Positions 10,005-19,925 of a stretch of 53,852 nucleotides of DNA are shown here, piece by piece. Under the pieces are notes generated by a model. That model had not been told where the DNA came from, searched no databases, and saw only the letters and a program-made list of their open reading frames with translations. The stretch is from Deltaproteobacteria bacterium (GTDB taxonomy: Bacteria; Desulfobacterota; Syntrophobacteria; BM002): assembly GCA_022340515.1 (NCBI GenBank), contig JAJDNT010000056.1:1-53852 (forward strand), read 5' to 3'. Numbering within the stretch: the stretch's first letter is position 1; each line of letters starts with the position of its first letter. The position numbers were made by a program, and so were the translations under genes.

Positions 10005-10416
10005 GACATTGATTAAACCACAGGGAGCGCGAAGAGCACAGAGAAAAGTTTGCCCCAGGGATGAAATTGACCGCAATTTTATGAAAGTTGTCCTAAATGG
10101 GTGATCTGAAGGATGAGAAGTGAAAGACTTACTGACCTCTCGAGTTCCAGTATTATCAACTATTCAGTCAAGTTAGCGATTTGGCGCGGCTGTGATAAAC
10201 CCCTTTGTACTTGACCATCATCTATGACGCGGGTAAGATAAGGCAGCGTTTAACGCTAGTTGCCCCCAATGGGGGTTCTTTGAAACCATCCCAATCCAAG
10301 TACATTAGTGATCAATTTTCTTTTTGAGTGAGGCCCTGACGGAAGGAGGTGAGGGAGCTGACTCTTGGGCCGAAGCGTGTTTTGTTTGTCCAACCTTAAG
10401 AGATAGGAGAAAGTTT

Positions 10417-11397
10417 ATGAAGAGAATCGGATTAATTACTCTAATCGCAACGATTTGCTTAGCTCTCGGGCTAGTGGTGAATCCAACACCTGTTGTGGCC
10501 AAGACCATCTTCGTCACCATTGGAACGGGTGGTATCACTGGGGTTTACTATCCAACTGGCGGCGCCATTGCCAGGATCGTCAACCAGAAAAGAAAGGAGT
10601 ATGGAATCCGCTGCACAGTGGAATCCACTGGTGGTTCGGTCTTTAATGTCAATGCGATTATGGCGGGCGACCTGGAATTCGGCGTGGTTCAGTCCGACCG
10701 TCAATACCAGGCGTGGAATGGCCTGGCAGAATGGGCAGAAAAGGGTCCTCAAAAGGATTTGCGGGCGGTTTTCACCATCCATCCGGAGTCCATTACCCTG
10801 GTGGCCGCAGATGACGCCGGGATCAAGACCATTCAGGACTTGAAAGGTAAACGGGTTAACATTGGTAACCCCGGCTCCGGCCAGCGTCAGAACTCCATCG
10901 ATGCCCTGGAAAATGCAGGGATCAACTACGAGACAGATCTAGTTGCGGAGGGAGTCAAGGCTGCTGAAGCCCCCGGATTGCTCCAGGACGGCCGCATCGA
11001 TGCCTTCTTCTATACAGTTGGTCATCCCAGCGGTGCAATCAAGGAGGCAACTGCTGGCAGGAGAAAGGTCCACTTCGTGCCGATTGTCGGAGTCGACAAG
11101 CTGCTGGCAAAGTACCCCTACTATGCCAAAGCTATCATTCCCATCAAGCTTTACGAAGGTGCCACCAACAAAGAAGATGTGCAGACCTTCGGGGTCAAAG
11201 CCACTTTCGTCACTTCCGCTAAGGTACCTAATCAGGTGGTCTATGCCATCACCAAAGAGGTCTTTGACAACTTCGAGGAATTCAAGAAGCTGCATCCGGC
11301 TTACGAGGTCCTCACCAAGCAGAACATGCTCGAGGGTATGTCGGCACCCATCCATCCAGGCGCCATGAAGTACTACAAAGAGGCTGGTTTGATGTAA
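10417..11397 (+). CDS. TRAP transporter solute-binding protein, TAXI family
   Basis: Start moved to the ATG at 10417, preceded by an AGGAGA RBS at 10405-10410. Signal peptide is MKRIGLITLIATICLALGLVVNPTPVVA. The TAXI signature is IGTGGITGVYYPTGGAIARIVN. Confidence 0.9.
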   Translation: MKRIGLITLIATICLALGLVVNPTPVVAKTIFVTIGTGGITGVYYPTGGAIARIVNQKRKEYGIRCTVESTGGSVFNVNAIMAGDLEFGVVQSDRQYQAWNGLAEWAEKGPQKDLRAVFTIHPESITLVAADDAGIKTIQDLKGKRVNIGNPGSGQRQNSIDALENAGINYETDLVAEGVKAAEAPGLLQDGRIDAFFYTVGHPSGAIKEATAGRRKVHFVPIVGVDKLLAKYPYYAKAIIPIKLYEGATNKEDVQTFGVKATFVTSAKVPNQVVYAITKEVFDNFEEFKKLHPAYEVLTKQNMLEGMSAPIHPGAMKYYKEAGLM

Positions 11398-11405
11398 GCC
11401 ATCAA

Positions 11406-11429
11406 GGCGGCGGGGACACTCCCGCCGCC
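11406..11429 (+). promoter_or_regulatory. GC-rich intercistronic stem-loop between the TAXI binding-protein gene and the permease gene
   Basis: GGCGGCGGG-gacact-CCCGCCGCC forms a perfect 9-bp stem 9 nt after the stop codon. It is followed only by a weak T tract (tgtcttt). This fits an mRNA-stabilising or partial-terminator hairpin, as is common after binding-protein genes. Confidence 0.45.
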
Positions 11430-11658
11430 TGTCTTTGCGCTCAAGGAATTTGCAGCCTTAGGGTGAATTTTATTGGCGCAATGGAGGAATACTGGAAGGA
11501 TGCAGTGGGGAGGATAACCGCCGTCCATTCCAATATTCCATTTTTCCAATATTCCTTTATTCCATTACCCAATCACTTCAAAAAGAGAGAAATATCCTGA
11601 TTGATCGTGAAAATTGCCGCCAGCAATTACATCAACCTTCCAACCTCTAGGTGATGAT

Positions 11659-13731
11659 ATGACTGAATTGGAAGAGTTCGAAAAGGAAGAGGGTTTTGAC
11701 CTGGCCAAAAAATTGGCCGATGAAGAAGAAGGGGTAGGACGCTTACCAAAAGGTCCTTCAAGGTATGTCATCCCAACGGTTGCGGTGATCTGGTCATTTT
11801 TTCAGTTGTCCATCGCCAGCTGGCTCATCCTCGACACCGTTTTTATCCGGGCCATTCACCTGGGTTTTGCCTTGCTCATCGTCTTTTTGAACTATCCCCT
11901 TTTAAAGAAAACCCGGTTTGGCCTGAAATCCCTCTCTGCCACTGACAAAATCCCAGTTTTCGACTACATCGTCGCCCTTATCGCTGCCTTCTCAGCCATA
12001 TATATTGTCCTGGATTTTGGTGGGATCATGGGACGTATCGGATCCCCCATCAGCCGCGACGTTGTTGTGGGACTGACTTTGACAGTTCTGCTCCTGGAGG
12101 CCTCCCGCCGCGTCATTGGTCCAGCCCTTCCCTTTATCGCTATTGCCTTTTGCGCCTACGCCTTTTTTGGGCCCTATATGCCTGACATCCTGGCTTTCAA
12201 GGGTGTTTCCCTGGACCGGTTCATAGGCCAGATGACCATGTCCACCGAAGGCATCTATGGCATCCCCCTGGATGTGTCGGCTACCATTGTCTTCCTCTTC
12301 GTTCTCTTCGGGGCCATGCTGGACAAGGCAGGGGCAGGGAGGTATTTCATTGAACTTGCCTTGAGTCTGCTGGGCGGCTTCAAGGGGGGTCCAGCCAAGG
12401 CTGCCGTCTTGGGAAGTGGCTTGACTGGCTTGGTCTCGGGCTCGAGTATTGCCAACATAGTTACTACCGGGACCTTCACCATCCCCCTAATGAAGAAGGT
12501 TGGCTATCCAGCAACGAAGGCGGCTGCAGTGGAGGTGGCGGCCAGCACCGACGGCCAGCTCGCCCCTCCCATTATGGGGGCCGCGGCTTTTATCATTGCC
12601 GAGTACGTCAACGTGCCTTACATTGAGGTGATCAAGGCAGCAGCCATACCGGCCTTTGCCTCTTACGCAGCTCTTTTTTACATCACTCACGTCGAAGCGT
12701 CCAAACTGGGTTTGCGGGGCATACCCCGGGCAGAATTGCCGAAATTCTTTAAAACCATGGTCCGCGGGGCTCACTACCTCATACCGATCTTGCTTTTGCT
12801 CTATGAATTGGTAGTGGTGCGTCACTCGCCCGAACTAGCTGCATTTCATGCTATCTGGGTCATGGCTGCGGTAATGCTGTTGCAGAACCCGGTTAAAGCC
12901 TACCTAAAGAAAGAGCCCATCGGGGCGGCCTTCAAGCAAAGTGTAGTTGATATATTCTCAGCCCTGGCAGCGGGTGGCAGGAATATGGTTTCTGTGGCTC
13001 TGGCCACGGCTGCCGCCGGGATCATCGTTGGGGTGGTGGCCATGGGTTTGGGAGGCCTTATCACCCAGATTATCGATACCCTCTCCGGAGGCAATATCTA
13101 TTTGCTCCTAATCATTACTGCTGTCGCCAGCCTTGTTATCGGCATGGGTCTGCCCACCACCGCCACCTACATCGTCATGGCCTCACTTACGGCACCGGCC
13201 ATCGTTGAGATCGGAGCTCTATATGACTTCATCGTGCCCTTGATGGCGGCCCATCTGTTCTGTTTTTATTTCGGTATCCTGGCTGATGATACTCCGCCGG
13301 TAGGTCTGGCTGCCTACGCTGCTGCGGCCATTGCCAAATCGGATCCCATTCCCACGGGCATACAGGGATTCATGTACGATATCCGCACGGCCATCTTGCC
13401 ATTCATGTTTATTTTCAATAGTGACCTCATCTTGCACAATATCAACAGCTGGCCGGCTGGTTTGCTAATATTTGCCATGGCATGTATGGGGAACTTTGCT
13501 TTTGCCTCGGCGACACAGGGCTGGCTGGTGGCCAAGAACAGGTTTTACGAGATTCCACTGTTGCTGTGCGCCACCTTCGTTTTGATGCGTCCTGATGCCA
13601 TTGCAAGTTTGCTCGGTGTTGCCCACGATCAGCGATTCTGGATGTATCCAATAGGCCTTGCCATTTTTGCTCTGACTTATCTGTTGCAAAGGCCGAGGAG
13701 GCCACAAGTTGCCGCCCCGGCCGCGGCATAA
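11659..13731 (+). CDS. TRAP transporter fused permease (4TM/12TM DctQ-DctM-type fusion, TAXI-associated), paralog 1
   Basis: About 690 aa and polytopic. The ATG at 11659 (MTELEEFEKEE...) is preferred over the track's TTG at 11614 by analogy with paralog 2. Conserved blocks are GLVSGSSIANIVTTG, AAVEVAASTDGQL and AAHLFCFYFGILADDTPPVGLAAYAAAAIA. Confidence 0.9.
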   Translation: MTELEEFEKEEGFDLAKKLADEEEGVGRLPKGPSRYVIPTVAVIWSFFQLSIASWLILDTVFIRAIHLGFALLIVFLNYPLLKKTRFGLKSLSATDKIPVFDYIVALIAAFSAIYIVLDFGGIMGRIGSPISRDVVVGLTLTVLLLEASRRVIGPALPFIAIAFCAYAFFGPYMPDILAFKGVSLDRFIGQMTMSTEGIYGIPLDVSATIVFLFVLFGAMLDKAGAGRYFIELALSLLGGFKGGPAKAAVLGSGLTGLVSGSSIANIVTTGTFTIPLMKKVGYPATKAAAVEVAASTDGQLAPPIMGAAAFIIAEYVNVPYIEVIKAAAIPAFASYAALFYITHVEASKLGLRGIPRAELPKFFKTMVRGAHYLIPILLLLYELVVVRHSPELAAFHAIWVMAAVMLLQNPVKAYLKKEPIGAAFKQSVVDIFSALAAGGRNMVSVALATAAAGIIVGVVAMGLGGLITQIIDTLSGGNIYLLLIITAVASLVIGMGLPTTATYIVMASLTAPAIVEIGALYDFIVPLMAAHLFCFYFGILADDTPPVGLAAYAAAAIAKSDPIPTGIQGFMYDIRTAILPFMFIFNSDLILHNINSWPAGLLIFAMACMGNFAFASATQGWLVAKNRFYEIPLLLCATFVLMRPDAIASLLGVAHDQRFWMYPIGLAIFALTYLLQRPRRPQVAAPAAA

Positions 13732-13775
13732 TGCGAGGTTTTAGGGGGTGTTTGCCAGAGGGGGTGATTAACCGC

Positions 13776-13975
13776 GAAGCACACAAAGAAACCAACTGAG
13801 GCAAAGTGCATAGCGAAAGATAACAGGTGATAGGTAATAGGTAAACGGCAGGGGAGACCCCACAACCCATTACCTATGACCCATAACCCATAGATAGAGG
13901 ATGTGACGAACGGAGGCTATGCCCTTTGCTTTATGTGCTCAGTGCTCTTTGTATTCTTTGTGGTTTCGTTTCCAG
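13776..13975. repeat. nested imperfect palindrome (~200 nt) made of word repeats, downstream of TRAP permease 1
   Basis: The outer arm gaagcacacaaagaaaccaactgaggcaaagtgcatagc (13776-13818) pairs imperfectly with gctatgccctttgctttatgtgctcagtgctctttgtattctttgtgg (13917-13975). The inner arms are ggtgataggtaataggtaa (13826-13844) and ttacctatgacccataaccc (13870-13890). tttcgtttcc follows. Confidence 0.6.
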
Positions 13976-14034
13976 CCAGCCGCAATAACTTAAGAAATGA
14001 CAAGCGGTGTTGATGGTTTTCAAGGAGAGGAAAA

Positions 14035-14571
14035 ATGTTAAGGCTTCGAGCTTTGTGCTTCGGTTTGTTTATAGTTTTTCTTGTGGTTGCCGTTTCTTCT
14101 GTTTCAGCAGGTGAAAGATTTACTGACAACGGTGACGGAACAGTGACGGACCATCAGTTGGGAGTCATGTGGGCCAAAGATGACAATCAGGGAGACATAG
14201 ATTGGCGGGATGCGGAAAAATATTGTAAGTGGACTTTTCCTTACCTTATACCCGCTCGCTACGACAACTGGCGGATGCCCACCATCGAAGAACTGCAAAC
14301 ACTGTTCGTCCGTAACAAAGACTACCAAGGGTATGAGACTGACTGTGGCCAGACGGTCAAGATAGTCCCTGAAATCAGGTTGAGTTGCGGTTGGGTGTGG
14401 GCATCAGAGCCCATGACCATAGACTATAAATTGAAAGATAGACAAATAAAGGTCAGGACAATAAGTTCCAAACTGTTTAACTTTCACCGGGGATATGCCT
14501 ACACTGACCTTATGCGGCATTATAAAGCGTATCGGGCTCTACCCGTCAGGGATTTGCAGGAAGGGAAGTAA
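14035..14571 (+). CDS. secreted DUF1566 (Lcl C-terminal domain-like) protein
   Basis: 178 aa with an AGGAGAGG RBS and a signal peptide MLRLRALCFGLFIVFLVVAVSSVSA. FTDNGDGTVTDHQLGVMWAK and WRMPTIEELQTLF are typical of DUF1566. Confidence 0.75.
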   Translation: MLRLRALCFGLFIVFLVVAVSSVSAGERFTDNGDGTVTDHQLGVMWAKDDNQGDIDWRDAEKYCKWTFPYLIPARYDNWRMPTIEELQTLFVRNKDYQGYETDCGQTVKIVPEIRLSCGWVWASEPMTIDYKLKDRQIKVRTISSKLFNFHRGYAYTDLMRHYKAYRALPVRDLQEGK

Positions 14572-14585
14572 GTGGAGGAAAGATC

Positions 14586-15041
14586 ATGCCGGAAGTGAAG
14601 AAAATACTGGTTGCCATCTGTTTTTCAAAGTACTGTCCCGGAACCTTTGCCTACGCTACTCGGCTGGCGCAGCAATTGGAGGCGGAACTTGTTGTGGTCA
14701 ACGTCATTAACATCCAAGATGTGCAGGCTATCGGTAAGATTGAATCCATGGGTTACTCCATAAGCGCCGAGGATTACGTCAAAGGTGTCAAAAAAGAGCG
14801 GCGGGCAGAGCTGGACAAAATGATTGCTGATTCCGGATTTCCCAAAGAGAGAATAAAAATCATCCTAAAGGTGGGCCACCCCTTTGAAGAGCTTTTGAAA
14901 ATCACCAAGGAAGAGAAAGTCGATATGGTGGTCATGGGAGCCAAAGGCCGGAGTAATGTTGAACATCTTTTAGTGGGTGGGGTGGCTGAGAAAATGTTCC
15001 GCCATTCACCGGTTACCGTGGCTTCATACCGAAGAAGATAG
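14586..15041 (+). CDS. universal stress protein (UspA family)
   Basis: 151 aa with a GGAGGAAA RBS. USP pattern is KILVAI...VDMVVMGAKGRSNVEHLLVGGVAEKMFRHSPVTV. Confidence 0.88.
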   Translation: MPEVKKILVAICFSKYCPGTFAYATRLAQQLEAELVVVNVINIQDVQAIGKIESMGYSISAEDYVKGVKKERRAELDKMIADSGFPKERIKIILKVGHPFEELLKITKEEKVDMVVMGAKGRSNVEHLLVGGVAEKMFRHSPVTVASYRRR

Positions 15042-15158
15042 CATGCCGCCAAGTCCCAATCCAGTTGGTGCAACTGGATACCGGACCCTTAGAATACTCC
15101 TGGAAGATTTTCGCCGCAAAGCCCAGCGAAGACCTTAAAACTGACAAAAGGTTTATCA

Positions 15159-17234
15159 ATGCTGGAAAAACTCGGGATAAAAGAGGGACTGAAAACCGCA
15201 GAGGAGCTGTTAAAGGAAGAAACGGGTGATGTTCGCACTTTACGCCCATTTGAAAATATACTGGTTTCAATAATAGCCATTGCCTGGGCCCTCTATCAAC
15301 TGGCCCTTCCGAGCCTACTGGTAATTGACAGCACTCAGGAAAGGGCTATCCATCTTGCTTTTGCCATATCACTTCTTTTTCTTCTCATGCCAGCCTTGAA
15401 AAAGCCGCAAAAATATCTCGGCTATCTCTCGGTTACAGACCGCATACCTCTGGCGGACTATGCTTTTGCCCTTTTAGGTTCTTTTACGGCCCTTTACTTG
15501 GCCATTTTCTATGAAGCCATCGCCATGCGGGCCGGATCGCCCACCACCCTTGACCTCATTTCTGGAAGCGTCCTGGTCATACTGCTCCTCGAGGCCACCC
15601 GGAGAATTATCGGGCCGGCCCTTTCTGTCATTGCGGTGGGCTTTACCCTCTATGCCTTCCTCGGCCCATATATGCCGGCAATTCTTGCATTCAAAGGGGT
15701 TTCGCTGAGCAAATACCTGAGTAACATCACCCTTTCCACGGAAGGAATATACGGTATTCCTCTCGGAGTGTCTTCGGCTATCGTCTATCTCTTTGTCCTG
15801 TTGGGTGCTTTACTGGACAAGGCGGGTGCAGGAAGATTTTTCACCAACCTTGCTCTCTCCTTCCTGGGTAGATTCAAGGGGGGAGCGGCAAAGGCCGCCA
15901 TTGTGGCGAGTGGTGCCACCGGACTCGTCTCCGGCTCCAGCATTGCCAACATTGTTACCACCGGGCCTTTCACCATCCCCCTGATGAAGAAGATTGGTTA
16001 CCCACCGAAGAAAGCGGCTGCCGTGGAAGTTGCCGCCAGCACCGACGGGCAGTTGATGCCTCCAATAATGGGGGCGGCGGCCTTTATCATCGCCGAGTAT
16101 GTAAACGTGCCCTACATAGAGGTGGTAAAGGCAGCGGCCATACCTGCTTTTGCTTCTTATTTCGGCCTTTTTTGTATAGCACACCTGGAAGCATCCAAGC
16201 TGGGTATCGAAGGGCTTCCCCCTGAAGATATTCCTAGCTTCACTGGCACCCTAAAGAAAGGCTTCCATTATTTGCTCCCATTAGGCGTCCTCCTTTGGGA
16301 ACTAGTTTATCTCAGGCACTCTCCGGAACTTGCTGCTTTCAGATCAATCCTGCTCTTGTTTGTGGTCATCTTCTACCAGGAAATACGAAAGGCGATCTCT
16401 GACAAAAGGGGGGTCGGATCCGGTATCGCAGAGAGTTTTCGAATTATCATGAATGGTTTGATTCAAGGCTCGAAAAACATGATGTCAGTGGCCTTGGCAT
16501 GTGCCTCCGCCGGCATCATAGTGGGTGTGGTCAATATGGGATTGGGAGGTATGATAGCTTATGTGGTAGAGGTTCTCTCCGGGGGAAACATCTTTCTCCT
16601 GCTTCTCATCACAGCCATTGCCAGTCTAATAATTGGCATGGGTCTTCCCACCACGGCCACATATATTGTCATGGCATCATTGACAGCTCCGATCATTGTC
16701 AGTGTTGGTTCTCTTTTTGACTTTATCATTCCCCTTATGGCCGCTCACCTGTTTTGTTTCTATTTCGGCATCCTGGCTGACGATACTCCACCTGTAGGTC
16801 TGGCTGCTTATGCCGCGGCAGCCATAGCGGAGTCTGATCCGATTCCTACCGGCATTCAAGGCTTTATGTACGACATCCGAACCTCTTGTATTGCCTTCAT
16901 GTTTGTCTTCAATCCTGAACTGATCCTCCACAACATAAATAACTGGCCTCAGGCCATACTCATTTTCGTCATGGCCCTCATCGGCATGTCCTCTTTTGAA
17001 TGCTTTGCCCAGGGGTGGTGTTTGACCAAGAACAAGTTGTATGACATTCCTTTCTTTCTGACAGCATGGTTCATCCTCTTTCACCCGGGTGGCGTTGCTA
17101 CCTTCTTCAATGTGGATCAGTCGATGAAGTATTATTTCTACCCCCTTGGTATTGCCATTTATGCTGCAGTGGTGGGCATTCAAAGACTAAGGATGATGTC
17201 GACGGCAAGGTCTAAAGCCAAGACGGCTGGCTAA
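15159..17234 (+). CDS. TRAP transporter fused permease (4TM/12TM), paralog 2
   Basis: 691 aa. It shares long identical runs with the 11659-13731 product, including PPIMGAAAFIIAEYVNVPYIEV and SDPIPTGIQGFMYDIRT. Confidence 0.92.
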   Translation: MLEKLGIKEGLKTAEELLKEETGDVRTLRPFENILVSIIAIAWALYQLALPSLLVIDSTQERAIHLAFAISLLFLLMPALKKPQKYLGYLSVTDRIPLADYAFALLGSFTALYLAIFYEAIAMRAGSPTTLDLISGSVLVILLLEATRRIIGPALSVIAVGFTLYAFLGPYMPAILAFKGVSLSKYLSNITLSTEGIYGIPLGVSSAIVYLFVLLGALLDKAGAGRFFTNLALSFLGRFKGGAAKAAIVASGATGLVSGSSIANIVTTGPFTIPLMKKIGYPPKKAAAVEVAASTDGQLMPPIMGAAAFIIAEYVNVPYIEVVKAAAIPAFASYFGLFCIAHLEASKLGIEGLPPEDIPSFTGTLKKGFHYLLPLGVLLWELVYLRHSPELAAFRSILLLFVVIFYQEIRKAISDKRGVGSGIAESFRIIMNGLIQGSKNMMSVALACASAGIIVGVVNMGLGGMIAYVVEVLSGGNIFLLLLITAIASLIIGMGLPTTATYIVMASLTAPIIVSVGSLFDFIIPLMAAHLFCFYFGILADDTPPVGLAAYAAAAIAESDPIPTGIQGFMYDIRTSCIAFMFVFNPELILHNINNWPQAILIFVMALIGMSSFECFAQGWCLTKNKLYDIPFFLTAWFILFHPGGVATFFNVDQSMKYYFYPLGIAIYAAVVGIQRLRMMSTARSKAKTAG

Positions 17235-17250
17235 ACAGATCCCTGAACGC

Positions 17251-17296
17251 ATTTCATCTCTCATTTGTCATTTCTCATCTCTCATTGGTCATTTAT
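17251..17296. repeat. tandem heptamer array (tcatttc/tcatctc family)
   Basis: The array reads atttcatctctcatttgtcatttctcatctctcattggtcattta. An inverted copy of the same word family lies at 27405-27439 (aatgagaaatgcgaaatgacaaatgagaaatgaga). A loosely complementary a/g-rich arm lies at ~17365-17420. Confidence 0.7.
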
Positions 17297-17413
17297 TGCT
17301 AAGCAACGAGTGATATCCCTCCATCTGGTTAATAAATTTGAGAAGGAGAAATTTGAAAGGTCAGAAAATGGATAATGAAGGTTAAGTGAAAAATGTCAAT
17401 TGCGAGATGATAA

Positions 17414-18298
17414 ATGAAATGGGTTAGCTTGTCTGTTCGGTGCCCACCGGCCGTGCAAGAGGCAATAGCCAATTTCTTGGTGGAACAAACGGAGCGGGGT
17501 GTCCAAATCGAGGGACAATGGGTCACAGCCTACTGTTTCGAGGGAGAGGAAGCGCAGGTCTGCCACCAGCAGTTAACTCAATATTACCGAGATCTTCAGC
17601 AGTTGCATTTAAACTTGGCGGAACTAAAGGTGAGGCAAAAAGTTCTGCCAGGTGAAGATTGGTCTGAGACTTGGAAATCCTTCTTCAAGCCATTGACTAT
17701 AGGCAAAAACATTGTAATCAAGCCCACCTGGGAACCATATGAGCCAAAACCTGGGCAGGTGTTAATCGAGATCGATCCTGGGCGTGCCTTTGGAACCGGC
17801 AAGCATCCCAGCACGGCTCTTTGCCTTGAAATACTAGAGCTAGTTTTAGGTGAGTCCTCAAGTAAAAAAATGGGCTCAGTCACTTCTGTTTTGGATGTGG
17901 GCACAGGGAGCGGTATTTTAGGAATTGCTGCTGCAGGTTTAGGGGCTAGACGAGTTTTGGGCCTGGACCTTGATCCCGAAGCCCTAAAGGTGGCGGAGGA
18001 GAACCTGCGCAGGAATGGGGTGGAAGGGATTATGTCGGTAAGCAGTATACCTCTCCATCAACTGGGCGAGACTTACGATTTGGTTGTGGCTAACCTCACT
18101 GCCCCAGTCATAATTCAAATGGCAGCCAACCTGTCTCGCTCCGTTTCGCCCAAAGGTTGTTTGGTGCTTTCAGGCATATTGAGCCAGGAGATGGAAGAGG
18201 TTGCCAAATCCTTTCGGGCTCATTATTTTGAATGTATAGATAGCTGGGCAATGGAAGAGTGGCGAGCGCTTCTTTTAAGAAGGAAAAGCCGGGCATAG
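17414..18298 (+). CDS. prmA: ribosomal protein L11 methyltransferase
   Basis: 294 aa. Motifs are IEIDPGRAFGTGKHPST and VLDVGTGSGILGIAAA (SAM motif I). Confidence 0.9.
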   Translation: MKWVSLSVRCPPAVQEAIANFLVEQTERGVQIEGQWVTAYCFEGEEAQVCHQQLTQYYRDLQQLHLNLAELKVRQKVLPGEDWSETWKSFFKPLTIGKNIVIKPTWEPYEPKPGQVLIEIDPGRAFGTGKHPSTALCLEILELVLGESSSKKMGSVTSVLDVGTGSGILGIAAAGLGARRVLGLDLDPEALKVAEENLRRNGVEGIMSVSSIPLHQLGETYDLVVANLTAPVIIQMAANLSRSVSPKGCLVLSGILSQEMEEVAKSFRAHYFECIDSWAMEEWRALLLRRKSRA

Positions 18299-18384
18299 TT
18301 GATAAGATACTTCACCAACTAGGATACTACCCTTCGATGTCGATAAGTCATTTGGGCTTGCAGCCCGTCATTTATGGTCATTTC

Positions 18385-18431
18385 TTCGCGCTCGCTGCGC
18401 TCTGCTCAGGCCTGCAAGCTGGTTCCCAGTT
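18385..18431. repeat. fragment homologous to the interior of the 32598-32824 MITE-like element
   Basis: ttcgcgctcgctgcgctctgctcaggcctgcaagctggttcccagtt compared with ttcgccctcgctacgctccgctcagtcccgcaagcgggttcccagtt at 32742-32787. There are 6 mismatches in 47 nt, counted by eye. Confidence 0.7.
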
Positions 18432-18564
18432 AGCCTTCGGCGTGATTCATAGTCACACATCGGTTAATGACAATAAATGACAGCGAACCGTAATAACGGC
18501 GGAGTCGCCTGACGACTTTAGCCAAATAACCGCGTGGGGAATTTCTTTAGGTGAGGAATAAATC

Positions 18565-19803
18565 ATGACTACAGAAACTTCATCTCAAAAGGGTGAAAGG
18601 ATAACCCTCGAGGAGGACGGAACCTTAACCGTTCCTGAAAATCCACAGTTGATTTTCATTGAAGGGGATGGAATCGGCCCTGATATTTGGCGGACCGCCG
18701 TCAAAGTGTTTGACTCTGCAGTAGCAAAGGCATATGGGAGCCAAAGACGGGTTCAGTGGCAGGTGGGACTCGCTGGTGAAGTCGCTTTCGCCGAGACCGG
18801 CCAGTGGTTGCCGGAAGAGACATTGCAGTTGCTGCGGGAGAATATCGTGGGAATCAAAGGACCCCTTACTACTCCAGTGGGCGGTGGCATAAGGAGTTTG
18901 AATGTTACCCTCAGACAGGTCCTCGACCTGTATGCCTGTGTGCGACCGGTCCGTTACTACAAAGGTGTTCCTGCGCCCGTTCGCTTCCCGGAAAAGGTGG
19001 ACATGGTGGTTTTCCGAGAAAACACCGAAGACGTTTATGCCGGGATTGAGTGGCCAGCCGGTTCACCCGAGGCCAACCGGTTGGCCAGTTACATCAGAGA
19101 ACACCTGAATAAGGAGATCCGGCCGGAATCTGCCATTGGGATCAAGCCTATGAGTCGCTATGCAAGCCAGAGGCTGGTCAGGCGAGCCATTCGGTATGCA
19201 CTGGATCAAGGTTACCGAAGTGTCACCCTGGTGCACAAAGGAAACATCATGAAGTACACTGAAGGTGCCTTCCGCCAATGGGGTTACGAATTGGCAGCAG
19301 TTGAATTTCCAACTCAGACCGTCTCCGAAGCTGAAATTTACGAAAAACACGGGGGGCAGCAGCCACCAGACAAGGTGGTTATTAAAGATCGCATAGCGGA
19401 CATGATGTTCCAGCAGGCACTACTAAGGCCGGACGAGTACGACGTACTGGCAATGCCAAATTTGAACGGTGACTATCTTTCTGATGCCCTGGCAGCTCAG
19501 GTAGGAGGTTTAGGAATGGCACCGGGAGCCAACATTGGTGACGAGGCCGCCGTTTTCGAAGCCACACACGGCACGGCCCCCAAATATGCCGGCCAGGACA
19601 AGGTGAACCCTAGTTCCCTTATTCTGTCAGGTGCCATGATGTTTGATCACCTAGGGTGGAAAGAGGTGGGTGATCTAATTCGGACTTCCCTGGAATCGAC
19701 CATATTAGACAGGATTGTGACCTACGACCTGGCCAGGCAAATGGAAGGAGCTGAAGAGGTTAAATGCTCCGAATTCGGGGCTGCAATAGTGGAACATATG
19801 TAA
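18565..19803 (+). CDS. icd: NADP-dependent isocitrate dehydrogenase
   Basis: 412 aa with the homodimeric prokaryotic IDH pattern: [39 protein letters not shown] and [13 protein letters not shown]. Confidence 0.93.
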   Translation: MTTETSSQKGERITLEEDGTLTVPENPQLIFIEGDGIGPDIWRTAVKVFDSAVAKAYGSQRRVQWQVGLAGEVAFAETGQWLPEETLQLLRENIVGIKGPLTTPVGGGIRSLNVTLRQVLDLYACVRPVRYYKGVPAPVRFPEKVDMVVFRENTEDVYAGIEWPAGSPEANRLASYIREHLNKEIRPESAIGIKPMSRYASQRLVRRAIRYALDQGYRSVTLVHKGNIMKYTEGAFRQWGYELAAVEFPTQTVSEAEIYEKHGGQQPPDKVVIKDRIADMMFQQALLRPDEYDVLAMPNLNGDYLSDALAAQVGGLGMAPGANIGDEAAVFEATHGTAPKYAGQDKVNPSSLILSGAMMFDHLGWKEVGDLIRTSLESTILDRIVTYDLARQMEGAEEVKCSEFGAAIVEHM

Positions 19804-19925
19804 GATGCAGAGATTAACGTTCTGCGTTGCGCGACGGGAGGTGGGGTTGAAAAGAGACTTAGTGATCCTCGTCTCGCCAGTCTCGCCAGTCTCGCAATTA
19901 ATCTCGAGTTGGAATTGACTGAGTA

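Noticed and set aside
10324-10416. The 31-codon N-terminal extension of the TAXI binding protein, and similar track starts at 11614, 22760, 27495, 30631, 31029 and 37256.
   Set aside because: In each case an internal ATG with a properly spaced Shine-Dalgarno gives a sensible N-terminus, either a signal peptide or a family-typical start. The extensions begin at non-ATG codons without an RBS.
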